Origin: Leucoraja ocellata
Lineage: Eukaryota
Length of the DNA stretch: 64,000 bases
Direction: 5' to 3'
Assembly (NCBI GenBank): GCA_036785375.1
Contig: JAWMAR010000396.1
Coordinates: 1,116,001-1,180,000, forward strand
This document shows positions 28,556 through 41,979 of this stretch, in pieces; the first letter of the stretch is position 1, and every line of letters starts with the position of its first letter. The position numbers and the translations under genes are program-made. The notes beneath the pieces are model-generated. The model saw nothing but the letters and a program-made list of their open reading frames with translations. It was not told where the DNA came from and searched no databases.

Positions 28556-31500
28556 AGGAACATCACATTTAAATCCAGCTATTTGGGGAAGGGTTATTTT
28601 AACGCAACAGCTGTCAAGAATCTTGTGATAATTTTGTTCAGTTGTGGAAATAGTGGGAGTCAGCATATACTGCATCTTTAATGTCAGCTACACTTCATTT
28701 CAATAAAGGCTAACATTGGAAATGATATATGCATTCAAACGTATGTGCACATATCTTTAGGCATAGATGTCAATAATCATACCATATCTCTGAAGTGATT
28801 TTATTATTTCAGGCTTTGCTTGTATCCTTTAAGCCAATTGGTTAAAGGTATTACATTTAAAATTAGCAATTGACCCAGCAAATCTTTACATTCCAGAAAG
28901 TACAACCTTAGTTTATGTATTCTCTCCATATTGGTTAACACTCTGAATCCTGGTTTCATTATGTAAAATTTATGCTACGCTTCTTCCTCAGACAATATTT
29001 CCTTCCGCAGATTGAAACACAAATTAGGAGTTGATTGTTCTACTCCTCCTGCCTGTTTTGTCACAATTTTTGCACTGTCCACATCATTGATTCTCATAAC
29101 ACCTAAAAGTTCGGCCATGAATATACTCAGTGACGAATCCTTCTCAGACTTCTAGGGCACGAAATTTCAAAAGATTCGCAAGACTGCGTGAAGGAATTTC
29201 TTCTCATCAGTTTCCTGAATGGCTGACCCTTTATTTGTGACTGACCTCTGCTCCTTGACATTACAGCCAGGAGAAATGTTAACTGATTTACCCTGCCAAG
29301 TCCTTACAGTTATGATTAAAACTTATTTCATTATTCCAGCTGATCCAACTGGAGTTTTCCATAGCTGCCATCTAACTTTTATTTCTTTGTAGTTCATATA
29401 AAGGTCAGCATTACATTTGTCTTTTTGTACCTGTCCACGAGACTGTATGTGACCTCATTGGATCTGTTCTAGTGTATCACCACTGAAAATATTCTTATCT
29501 TCTCAGCTCAAAGTGGATTACCTCACACTTTGTCCATGTTGAAATCTGCCAAAATGTTAACACTCACCAAGTATTAATACATTTTTGTAACTTAATGCTT
29601 TTCAAATGCAGCGTTTGCAATATATTTTTGTGTATACCTCAAAACTTGGATATGTTGCTTTCTATCTCAGTCACATCTCAGTATAATGAATTTCCCCAAC
29701 ACATATCCTGGACCCAATAGTCAAAGCTTGCGGATTTGACACTGGCTCATCATCCCTACCTATCCCTGGCTGTTCAGCCAATTTCATGGTGAGATCTACA
29801 AATTTTCTTCAAACCCAACAGCCTCTTGAGGGTTTTCACCAAATGACTTGTGGAAACCCATCCAGACAATGTCTATAGATATTCCTCTGTTCATTACTTC
29901 TTCCATTTCATCAGGCCTTGTCTACCCAGTATAATGTCGTCTTGCTCTGTTTGATCACCTGGAGCTTTTTGTTTCCACTTGTTTCCATTATGACTCAAGT
30001 AATTTCTTGACAACTATTAGGCTAACTAATTCTCTGCTCACCCACCATCACCTCATCTTAAATAATGAAGCTACATGCACAGCTTTCCAATCAGTTGGCA
30101 AATCATGACAGCTTTGGTATATTATAGCAAATGCATTTGTAAATGCCTCGTGCTTTCTTTAAAACACTGGGATGGAATCAACCTATTTACGATACGATAT
30201 AATATAGCTTTATTTATCCCAGGAGGGAAATTGATATGCCAACAGTCATTAAAAAACACAAAACGCAAACATGAAATTTGGGGAGGGTGGGGGGGGGGAA
30301 GAAAGATAGAGTCAGTCTCGGTCTACCCCATGACAGAAGAGGGTATGCCACTTTTTATTTCATGAATCCTAATGTACCTGTGCCTGTTCTGTTCGGTGTG
30401 CTTTTAGTTTGATGATGTCCCTTTTAAATATGCATAATTAGGATATAAACTAGTTCTGTACTACCGCTGATTCTTCTATAAATAGTCTGCTCCGTAGGAG
30501 TTGTTGTATCCAATGCCATAATTATCAAGTTTATCATGATTAGTATGCATCAGTAGATACTTGTTCAGCCTTCTGAAAACTGCAGGTGTAGCCACTGATT
30601 CACATTTCTTCCAGTATAAAGACGATAATTAACGAATTAATCGGAGATGGTTTCAATTCTAGAAATATGTACATCAGTGTGTTACACCTTCAATGCTACA
30701 TATATGCATAAAAATGAGAACATGTTATCGGAATTCCATAGTATTGCTGAACAAATAAGGCTGTCAAGAACAGAGTGCTGATGTAGCCTATTTACCATTC
30801 TATGGAGAAAATGTAACATTATTAAATATAGTAGTTAATAATGTGTATTACATTTTCTCCTCACATGTATTCTACACTGCAATTTACAATATTTCGATAT
30901 TATCCACAGATGAGTAATAGGAAAGTCATGCAAGATATCCTCGACATATGTATATACAGGGGATGAATTGTGAATATAATCAGGTCAGATTTTCTTCCCA
31001 TCTCAATTACAGCAGTCCATTTTTGTTCGTTATAGATCAAATTCGTCAGAGAATAATTTTCAGAAAATAATCTGGGTTTTGTCATGGACAAGATCAGTGA
31101 GATTGATCCATTTACTAATTAAACCATCCTTGGAATACTTTTGCAGAGAGCCACTTAATTGTCACTTTTGTAATCCTTTCGAGGACAATGTGAAATGGAT
31201 GTCACCAAATCCATTTCTTTAACTTGTTTACCCCACTGAATGGCAAACTGTATTGATCGGGTCTCTTAAAGACTTATTTTAATCTAAATTCAAGATTTCA
31301 CCAAACTGATTTTTGCATGTTGCACAATTGCCCCGTATCCTTCAGTTGGGAAAGTACAAAGCAAGATTGTCCTTCATTACAGTCTAGTCACTTTTGGAAG
31401 TGTGCTAAAATGTTGTTTAGATATTGATGCTTGATGTTTGACACAGACATCGAGGGCCGAAGGGCTTGTTTTTGAGCTGGTGACTGATTATTACGTTAGC

Positions 31501-34499
31501 CTCCTAATAAACATCTATGCTGTTGGCCAAGATTGAATATCTGAAGTGCAGTAAAATGGGCACTGGGGGGCAGCAGAGTGTTAATGCTCGAAACATCCTT
31601 GTAACACTGAACTGCCGCACATGTAATCCTAAAGAGCAAATCATCATCCCTTATTTCTGCCGGTAAATTTTTTGGAGACTATTCTCTTAATGTATGTGAT
31701 AAATTGTTTTTCACTTCAGTCTGCTGTGTTTTAATCAGTCCACAATATTCCCCACAAGTTAATCTTTTTAAAATTTGCTCTGACCACTTCCTCCTAGGTA
31801 GAACTGATCAGCTGTGAATAAACCAAAAACAAATGTATTCCAGTTAGCCTCGCACTACAGAACAGCTCGGTGCTCTTGACACATTTAGATGACTTCATGC
31901 ATGAATTATGTGTTGTACCATGTAACACAGAATAAGCAAACGGAAAAACATGTTTTTACTTAGAAACCCATTTTGAATACTGTTATCTTATTAATCACAT
32001 AGTACAATAGAATAGGGCAGACATTACGACAGTACCAACCAGTTCCATTAGTTAAACTGGCGTTTATTCCCCAAATTACTATTGATTCAAATCACTTGAT
32101 GATGATCATGATTACTTGCGACCTTGCCTTCCTCAGATTTGCATATTGCATGATGTTGACAAGCCAGGACTATTTAGAATCAGTTCTCATGACCTAGCCA
32201 TTTGTATATTTTTAGATGGTTCTTGGCCTTGATTTTTTCAGACAAAATCCAGCATACGTGCAGTAATCCAGTTTAGAATTTAAACCTCAACTGTATACAG
32301 AGGTGGGAATTGTAGAGTATCCCAACTTTCATTTTGCACTCATCAGACTCCAGTCATTCAGTCTATTCAAACTGCAATTTTTGTTCCATTGTTTTTTTTA
32401 TTTTTGTGGGTTTTTTTCCTGCATCCCCTGTTCTCTATTTTATAATTACTTTCTCTTCCATCTGTACCATACCTTTCTCTGGAAAATCTAGATTTTAAAA
32501 AATTGTCTTGTCTGGCATGATTATGTGCTTTTTTTAAGTTAACGACAAATCTGCAGAGATTTTCCTTATTGCTGATGCCGTCTTCAGTGGTTCAGCACTG
32601 AACTTCCACAAGGAGGCCGTGGTTTTCACTCCTCGGCATTAATGTGGGTCAACTGTGTTCCATCCATTATCATTTGATAATGATGTGTCCGTCAATCTTT
32701 GTGATCGCGCTCCAATTTGCATGGAAAGAAATCATAACTTTTTGTTCTCAGCCCTGGCACAACATAAAGTAGTGGGAGCAGTATATTGATTCTATTGCAA
32801 TTCTTTTTCTTCTAACGTTGATGCACACCATAAATGAATTGACCGAATAATGGACTTTAGTTCTCTCTTGGACCTTCATATTTACAGCACAGATAAATTG
32901 CTTTCGAAACGCAAGCCTAAAGTATAAAATTATTTTATATTGTGAGAAATTAGCTCTGGGAATGATACTTGGTCTTGTTTAAAATAGATCTAACCAAACC
33001 ATGATAATTCCACACACTTTCCGACTATTAGAATTAAAACGTTTGTGGAAAAGTTGAGAGGTATATGGGCTGATGGGACTAGCTCAGGAAGGCAACTTGG
33101 CGGGCATAGGATCGTTGGGCCGAAAGGTCGCTTTCCATGCCATGTAACCTTTTGACTCAGATTCTGACTCTATCTGCTAGCTTTTTATATTAAAATCCAT
33201 TCTGCGCTGTTACAGACTGTCGAATCTCAGATGTCAGCTTCCAATTTCAATGATTTGTTAAATGTACTTCTAAACCATAGCTTTTTATTACATTTCATTC
33301 CAGGAGAGTTATTTGATTAAATTACAGCACTTCTTTGCAAATACATAATCAATTTTGTACATGTAATATTTGGATCATGCAGATCAAAACAAAATAATTT
33401 GAAACGGGAGAAAAAAGTAGCACTTCTAAGAGTTGCAACCTTAATAGATAAAATGCGCTGAACATGAAGAACTTTATGAAAGGGAAATCGAAAATAGACC
33501 TCTTAGTGGGAATCGTGCTGTTAATACAATTCTCAACAGATGCTGACCAAATTAAAATGTACAGCTGTTTCTTTCATTACTGAAATTATATTCCTAAGAG
33601 TTTAGAAGGCAATAAAGTATTGTATTTCATGATATTTTTGGGTGGTTTTGTTAAAAATCCTTAAAAACAATGATTTTCCGGCTTTACAAAATTATAGATG
33701 TAAAGTAAGTGTCAATGTATCTTTACTTTAGTTAAAGAAGGGTGGTTTTCTACAAGGTATTTCTCAACCACAGCCACTCAGATGGCACGGTATTGCAGCT
33801 CAGACAATGAAGTACATCCAAAGTATAATTACTACTGGTGTAGTGACAGATTTTTATATCGTTTCAAGGATTCTTCTGTCACTATGATTGAAGACGGGTT
33901 TAGGAGATTATCGATAGGCATTCACGAGCTGTCCACGAGACATAAAATGCCGTAGAAAGATAAATCTTCCAAAACACAGTCTTAATTAATAGTTTCTTTA
34001 TTGCAGTAGTAAAAACAGTAAGTTATTCATCCAAACTTCTTGTTTAAGTACATTTTGATCTTACTCGTAGCCAAACTCGTGCATGGTGGAAAGCTGTGAC
34101 CGCTCCTCCATGCTTCTTCAAACTAAACTAAACTAATTACTAGGGCGTCTGCGTGAGAATCCCAGCCGCAAACATGTCTCCGACTGCATATGAATCCCAC
34201 CCACATAATTATGGGCAGATAAAATTTTAAGAGTTTACATAAAGCACGATTCCATAAATGGTGGTTAAATAAATGAACAAGTAATGTTTTTAAAATATAA
34301 TTTTATAAATGAATGAAATTAAAACATTATACTAAAACACTGGCAACTTTCTTTGGGAATCAGAAGAAGCCATGGTATAAAATAATTAACAAAAGGACCA
34401 GTGAAGAACATTTAGGACCAAGAAGGGTTTGAACTATTATGGGAATGTACTGCCTGAAAGAGTGGTGGATGCAAATGAAATAGCAACTTTCAAAGGGAA

Positions 34500-34960
34500 T
34501 TAGAGTTGAATGTTTAATTGCCATACGTACTGACAACAGAACAATTAAATTCTTGCTTGCAGCAGCCGAACATGCCTGTAAACACAGTATTGACAGATAA
34601 CATATAGTAAGAAAAATGTCAATAAATTAATAACCCCAATACAAGTTTTAAAACTTCCCAAAGTTTTTAGTGTAACCAAAGACAGTCCATAGTTCATAGT
34701 TGATTTAGTGTTTTGTAGTGTTCAAGAGTCTGATCGTTTTTGGGAAGTAGCTATTTTTGAACCTGGTGGTCATGGTTTTTAAACTCCAATACTTCCTTCC
34801 CGATGGTCTGAAATGAGAGCGCAGCCAGGGTGCTGTGGGTCTTTGCTGATTGCCTTTTGAGGCAGCATCTCCTATAGATCGCTTCAATGTTGGGTAGGTC
34901 AGTACCAGTGATACACCGGGTCTGTGTCCACCACTTTTTGTAATCTTAATTTCTGGGGAT
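34500..34960 (-). mobile_element. Rex1/Babar-like LINE 3' fragment
   Basis: Minus ORF ends PSGRKYWSLKTMTTRFKNSYFPKTIRLLN, typical of this clade's RT C-terminus. Confidence 0.7.
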
Positions 34961-35952
34961 GCACATGAAAAATCATTTACAGGGCTATGGAGAAATAGCA
35001 AGAGATTCTGCCCAATTAAATAACAATATATCTGAACCAGCTTAGAAATTGAAGTCTTAAATTAATACCAGTGCATTATCATATTATAATTTACTTTTAA
35101 GTATTGGCTGAACCTTTTTTGTATTAATTCTTGAGTTAAGGGCAGTAATCCTCTGTCAAATTGATTGTTTTTTTTAAATCTGACTAATCCTTGTGATAAA
35201 GACCACTTCCACATTGCTATTAGTTTAAGTTCCTGGAAATTGACTTGCTGATGATATTTTCAGCTCTGTTTTGAGCTTTGCTTTGAATCAAGCTTGCATT
35301 GCTCTTAAGTATCAACTAGCTTTGTAATTAGAAATTAAAGGATCTATCACACCTCAAAAGCATGCTAGCATGAGTCTTCAGAATGTGGCTTGAATACAAC
35401 AATCATGCTAGTTGGCTCCCAACAGGACTGGCCAATATTGGAAAGTTTTGTAACTTGAAAAGGTGTAACTTGTTTGAAAGAAGAACTTCACTTTCCCGGT
35501 GGAGAAAGTAACCCAGTCTGATGGTTTATTTAATAGTCGCAGGATTTGCTGCTACAGCCGCCTACCAATTAAAAGTCAATCCACTGGAAATCTAAAATAA
35601 TAATGGTGGAAAGGAGGTTAGGCTGTATCTGCGGGAAGAGAAATAGTTAACGTTTCAGGTCGAAGACCCTTTGTCAGAACTGCGTCATTCAACATGCGCT
35701 TCATTCATTCTTTCCTGTATCTGTCAAACCCTTATAGAACTGAACATCCCAGCTGTCCAACTCAATGCACTGAGTGATAACAGAATTAAAATATTTGTAG
35801 TCTCCAAGCAATTTATCTTGATGGGCCTCTTGTACAAATGGTATGGATCCAAATGGCGATAAAATAATTTAATGTTCCAGTTTCTCAGTCTGCCAGTACT
35901 TGCAGATTGTGTTCTAGTTCGGTCATTGCTGCTAGAGCAGTAATAGCTCTGA

Positions 35953-36292
35953 CATAGAAACATAGAAAATAGATGCAGGAGGAGGCCATTTGGCCCTTCG
36001 AGATTACACTGCCATTCATTGTGATCATGGCTGATCATCCACAATCAGTAACCCGTGCCTGTCTTCTCTCCGTATCCCTTGATTCCGCTAGCCCTTGGAG
36101 CTCTATCTAACTCTCTTTTAAATTAATCCAGTGAATTGGCCTCCACCGCCTTCTGTGGCAGAGAATTCCACAAAATCACAACTCTCTGAGTGAAAAAGTT
36201 GTTTCTCATCTCAGTTTTAAATGGCCTCCCCTTTATTCTTAGACTGTGGTCTCTGGTTCTGGACTCCCCAACATTGGGAACATTTTTCCTGC
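35953..36292 (-). mobile_element. CR1 LINE 3' fragment
   Basis: (catagaaa)n tail, aggaggccatttggcccttcgag 3' hairpin region and ORF2 end on the minus strand. Confidence 0.85.
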
Positions 36293-36394
36293 TCCAATCC
36301 TATATAATTGGCATATAACCCTCTGGTCCTATATAATTGGCAAATAAAAATAACACTCAATTAACTTTAGTCAGTGGGTCAATTTAGATATTTA

Positions 36395-37665
36395 CAGTGC
36401 CCTCCATAATGTTTGGGACAAAGACCCATCACTTATTTATTTGCCTCTGTACTCCACAATTTGGAATTGTGGCGTATAGGCCTGTATTGCAGCCACTCCT
36501 TTGTTGCTTTAGTAGATTTTTTTGGGATCATTGGCTTGCTGTAGAATGAATCGCCGGCCAATGAGTTTTGAGGCATTTGTTTGAACTTGAGCAGATAGGA
36601 TGTGTCTATACACTTCAGAATTCATCTTGCTACTATCATCAGATCAGCAGTTGTATCATCATTGAAGATAAGTGAGCCAGTACCATCTGCAACCATACAT
36701 GCCCAGGCCATAACACCCCCACCACCGTGTTTCACAGATGAGGTGGTATGCTTTGGCGTTTGGGCAGTTCCTTCTCTCCTCCACACTTTGCTCTTGCCAT
36801 CACTCTGATAAAAGTTAATCTTTGTCTCATCTGTCCACAAGACCTTTTTCCCAGAAATGTGGTTGCTCTTTTAAGGACTTCTTTGCAAACTGTCACTCGG
36901 CCATCCAATGTTTCTGGCTAACCAGTGATTTGCATCTTCTAGTGCAGCCTCTGTATTTCTGTTCATGAAGTCTGCGGACAGCGGTCATTGACAAATCTAC
37001 ACCTGACTCCTGAAGAGTGTTTCTGATCTGTCGGACAGGTGTTTGGGGATTTTTCTTTATTATAGAGAGAATTCTTCTGTCATCAGCTGTGGAGGTCTTC
37101 CTTGGCCTGCCAGTCCCTTTGCGATTAATAATGTCACCAGTACTCTCTCTCACTCTCTCTTACTCTCTCTCACAATGATGTTCCAAACAGTTGATTTTGG
37201 TAAGCCTAAGTTTTGGCTGATGTCTCTTAACAGTTTTATTCTTGTTTCTCAGTCTCATAATGGCTTCTTTAACTTTCATTGGCACAACTTTGGACCTCAT
37301 GTTGATAAACAGCAATAAAGGTTTCCAGCAGTGATGGAAAGACTGGAGGAAAGACTAGGTGCTGAGAATTCTCTTATGCCAGCATTAAAGAGGCAATTAA
37401 ACACACCTGAGCAATTACAATCGCCTGTGAAGCCATGTGTCCCAAACATTATGGTGCCCTGAAATGGGGGGGACAATGTATAAACACTGCTGTAATTTCT
37501 GCATGGTGAAACTAAAATGTATAAAAATGGCCTTTAATAAAATCTGACAATGTGCACTTTAACCACATGTGATTTTTTTTTTTCTATTACGTATCTAGAA
37601 TTGTGGAGTACAGAGGCAAATAAATAAATGATGGGTCTTTGTCCCAAACATTATGGAGGGCACTG
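36395..37665 (-). mobile_element. Tc1-like DNA transposon, internally deleted, defective transposase
   Basis: TIR cagtgccctccataatgtttgggacaaagacccatca at both ends; TA on the left, TG on the right; minus ORFs with GRPRKT, WTDETKINF and VKHGGGGVMAW motifs. Confidence 0.92.
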
Positions 37666-39730
37666 TGAGATTGTTATTCATTTTCCGCTTGTTTTCCACT
37701 TTCGTCTCAACGGAATCCTTATGTTGATTTCCTTTGTGACATAATTTTATTGCTTATTTGTTTGACCTCCACGTCAAAAATAATAATCAAGTAATCAAAT
37801 CGGGGAAAGTTTATGAAATACTATTTAAGAAGGAGTGATGTCATTCCAGTTCATACCATGTTCCAATGACAAAGGTGTTTTCTTTTATCAGCATTCAATT
37901 ATTGATAAATCACATAAGGAATGTTCTTCCATTTGTTTTCTATTCAAACTCTATAGCAGCTTAGATTATAAACATGCAAATTATAACATGTTTGAGGTTT
38001 ACTAAATTTACTAAATTATTTGAATTAATTTCATATACTGGCAAGTGGCATGAATTCAGTTTCAATGGATACGCAGACAGTTGAGGATTTTTCATATAAA
38101 CTTAATTTTCTTGTGAACCTTGGTGGCAGCTAGTTTTAATGAGGTGACATCTTCGACCTGCATAAACAACACCATTATGCTGCCCAAATTGATTATAACG
38201 CGTTTTCAACCGGAATCTAGAAAATCGTTCAAAAGTTCTTGTGGAAGTTAACCAGCAGAAATAAAAGCTGTTTTGTGAAAAATACTCTCAGGAGAAAAAA
38301 TAATTTCCATATAACCTCCCTGCAGCAATCAGATACCATTGGCCCTGAAGAACACAGCTGCTCGTTTCACCACAAGAGGACACTGAAATTGTCAAACAGT
38401 TGCTTCAATTGACACGTGCAATGATACTCTGTTAAGCAATGTAACATACAGCCTTAGTACTTTTAGCTTGCAGCATCAAAAAATAAATTATATCTAGTAA
38501 TAAAGATCTTTATTTTTGAAAATCCTGTGAGATAAATAACTTTTATAATTAAATTTAAATAAAATGAAAAACAATGTTGACATTTAAATATTATCTTTTT
38601 ATTAAGTCGAACTCTCGAACCCCTACCTTCCTTTTGTTAATTAACACAGTTGTTTTTTATAACGCTATTTTCTATAACGCAAGATTTCTTAGGAATGCGA
38701 CTTGCGTTATAGCAGAATGATCTGTTTTTAGGCAACCAACCGTCTCTTTGCAAATGTTTGCTATGATTAAAAAGTTTCAATCAGTATCCAAAGAACCAAA
38801 TGGAAAGCAGGTCGGTTTAGGTTCAGGTTATCAGAAAGTTCCTTAAAGTGTTTCTGTACATGTCTGGTTCTTTTCCATTTTTAAATAGAAAGTCAGGGCT
38901 CCTTTAATGGTCATAGAATTTCATACTAATACTGGAAAAAAAGACAGTGCCAAGTTACAGCGAAGCAGAATGGAATGAAAATGACCATTTGTTCCAGCAA
39001 CCTATTTCCAACATGTATCACCTACAACCTGTCATCACAAACTTAAGCTGAAGTAGAACTGCGGGGAAGTTCTCTGATCCACTTGCTCTAATCCATCCTC
39101 ATCAAAAATTGAGGAAAAGTGCATGTCTTAACGATATTGCATTCTGCAATACTTCTTATTTATTTGTTGATTAATTTTGCCTTTTCATTATTCCATGATC
39201 AAGTATTTGAAGATCTGTATTTTTAGTAAGATTTTTATACATTCTAATTTATCTTCAAAAGTTTGTCATAGTATTAACTAGCCTTTTTGGGGGATTTCTC
39301 CTAATTTTAGACCTCGAGGCTTTTTGATCTTCTAATCTAGCGCATTTAAAAAAGACTGGAATTGCAAAATTGATGGCTTTTTTATTGAGTGTAAAGTTTT
39401 ATCTACACTGGTTACAACACCACCTAGCTTTTCCTTATTGTCAAGCATTAACACATGACTGTATCCTATTATCTAAATAATTTATGGATGTGAGCAGTTG
39501 CAACTAAAACTCATCCTTGCTAGGCACCATTGTTTTTATTCATGCATTAGCATCAATTTGAACAGATTACTGGTTTCAACCGCCATATCCACAACAAACT
39601 TGTTTTATCAATGAAACTTTTCTCATCTTTGTGATTGGTCAACAACACTTCACTATTAATGATCTTTCCCCAATTTCACAATGGAAGGGAGTGTTTTTTC
39701 AATTAAAGTGCGATTTTATAACTCTGACGT

Positions 39731-40086
39731 TGGTAGCATATTCGTGATTCCTATTGCTCGATGTGCCTTGGGCTGGATTTGGGTTTGGGCAATCTTACAA
39801 ATACCTACTTTCATCCATTCCAAAATAAGAGGCGTATTGTGTGCTTTGGCTGTCTTTTGAAGTGTGTAATCTTGCTTTTGCTTGTCCACATTGACAAACT
39901 ATCTAATTATTTTCACTGTAAGGCAGTGCTCTGGTCTGTAACAGTTCAACTTGGGTTTCCTTAATAAATTAAATGTTATGGAATTATTCTCAATTAATTT
40001 ATGCAAGCCACGAAATAAACACATTCACCCAAACCCAAATCCAGCCCAAGGCAGATCGAGCAATAGGAATCACGAATATGCTACCA
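39731..40086. repeat. 59-bp inverted repeat (58/59 complementary) with a 238-nt spacer
   Basis: 39731-39789 tggtagcatattcgtgattcctattgctcgatgtgccttgggctggatttgggtttggg is the reverse complement of 40028-40086 except for one base. Confidence 0.95.
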
Positions 40087-40334
40087 CCCTGTGGAATTCA
40101 AGGGTTCACTGCTCTTGGTCCCAGCTGGAGATTTTCCCATTTACTTTTAAGTTATGAAAGATGCTTTATATATGTCTTTCACTTACATTCCTTTAAGTTT
40201 GTTCCACAAAGGATATATTTATAGTTTAATTCTTGTTTATGATTACTGCACATTGTAGATAAAAAATAATAGCACTCATTGCTGCACAGTGACACAGTAG
40301 GTCAATGCACTGCCAGTTATACGGAGACACGATA

Positions 40335-40520
40335 AATTGCATGTGCTGTCATCTTGCGCAAAGCACAAATTGCTGGAGGAGCTCAGCAGGTCAGGCAGCA
40401 TCAGTGGAGGGAATGGACAGACAATGTTCCCTGATGCTTCTTCGGATGGGTACCGATCTGAAATGCCATCTGTCCATTCCCTCCAGATATGCTTGAGCTC
40501 CTTCAGCGCTTTGTGCGTCA
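40335..40520. mobile_element. Palindromic Penelope-derived mini-element
   Basis: gcacaaattgctggaggagctcagcaggtcaggcagcatc...ggagggaatggacag and inverse ctgtccattccctccag...gagctccttcagcgctttgtgc. Confidence 0.65.
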
Positions 40521-40987
40521 AGCTACCAGGTATAATTCAAACAGTATTCTATAGATTTTAAGTGTTTAATTGAGCATGTCCTTTCTCATTAGCCTTATCT
40601 CTCTTAATTCACTAATGCATTAAACATTGCGTCTGAAATCCTTCCTTGTACACAGATGATTTAATTAAAGATTCAGTTTAAGAAGGTGTGTGGGGATAAA
40701 GTAGAATAATTACCTTAAGTTTTATAAAAGGAAAAAAATTGAATGCTAGAAATATGATATGTAAATGTTAGAAATGCTGATCAGCTGAATTTGCTGGAAA
40801 GCTGTCGAGTCTGCAAGGCTGTTCCCAGTCCGAACATGCGATTGACCATCACTGACTGCTTACTTAGTGTATATTTCATTTATATTTCTAAACTTTCTCT
40901 TCCTATTTTGTTTTTTTTTATGTTCCAACTGCTCCTCCCTATAGTATGGTTCTAAGGTCCTCATGCAATCAACATGGGTGCACACTT

Positions 40988-41260
40988 AGACAATGGACAA
41001 TAGATGCAGGAGTAGGCCCTTCGAGCCAGCACCGCCATTCAATGTGATCATGGCTGATCATCCCCAATCAGTACCCCGTTCCAGCCTTCTCCCCATATCC
41101 CTTGACTCAGCTATCTTTAAGAGCCCTATCTAGCTCTCTCTTGAAAGTATCCAGAGAACCGGCCTCCACTGCCCTCTGAGGCAGAGAATTCCACAGACTT
41201 ACAACTGTGGGGAAAAAAGTGTTCCCTTGTCTCCATTCTAAATGGCTTACCCCTTATTCT
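40988..41260 (-). mobile_element. CR1 LINE 3' fragment
   Basis: (gacaat)n tail plus gcaggagtaggcccttcgagccagcaccgccattcaatgtgatcatggctgatc. Confidence 0.85.
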
Positions 41261-41979
41261 TGCTTCTACTATGTTACCAGGCTATACTTAGTACCAAGTC
41301 TATTCTTCTATTTGTTTTAAATATACTGTTGTTTTTGATACATTTTCTCTGCTGATCCAATGATGTATACCAAATAAATTGTAGATCGAAAACATTGGAG
41401 AAAACAACCTTTCTTAACATTGTGGCAACTTTGGAACTTTGACTTCCATCCTTCAGCTTTTATTGTCTCTCCATGTTGTTCTTATTAAAATGTGACATTT
41501 TGCACTCTTTTCCGTTAAATTATATCTGCCCCACGCTAACCCACTCCAGCAGTTTGATTATCTGACTTTTTTTCATTATTCTCCACACTCTTTATTTCCA
41601 AGTTCCACATCATCTGCATATTTTGAAGCCATACATCTCCAAGCCATTACTATATCAATAAAAGTGGTGGTGCAGGGGAAGACCATTGTATCTTCATCAG
41701 GTTTGACAAATGATTGTTGAACCATAACTCTGTTTCTTACCACTCAATATTCCTGTTGGCACTGCACCTTGTATTTCAGGATATTCTGACTTGATGACAA
41801 GTCTATTGCAAGGCACACTAGCAAATCTTGGAAGTCCAAATGTACGTTATCCGGATTAGCTTCATCAATCCTTTGCTTCTTAACACACAAAAATAATGTC
41901 TGTAGTTGATGAGTTTATCCTTAAATTAATTTTGCATAAAGATATATTTTCAATGTTTCAACTTTTTGTCCAGCATCTA

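Noticed and set aside
33830-34111. Possible antisense nested gene starting MEERSQLSTMHEFGY with donor GTAAGA at 34064
   Set aside because: All downstream candidate exons I tried hit stops within a few codons and the next donor is poor; no recognisable protein.
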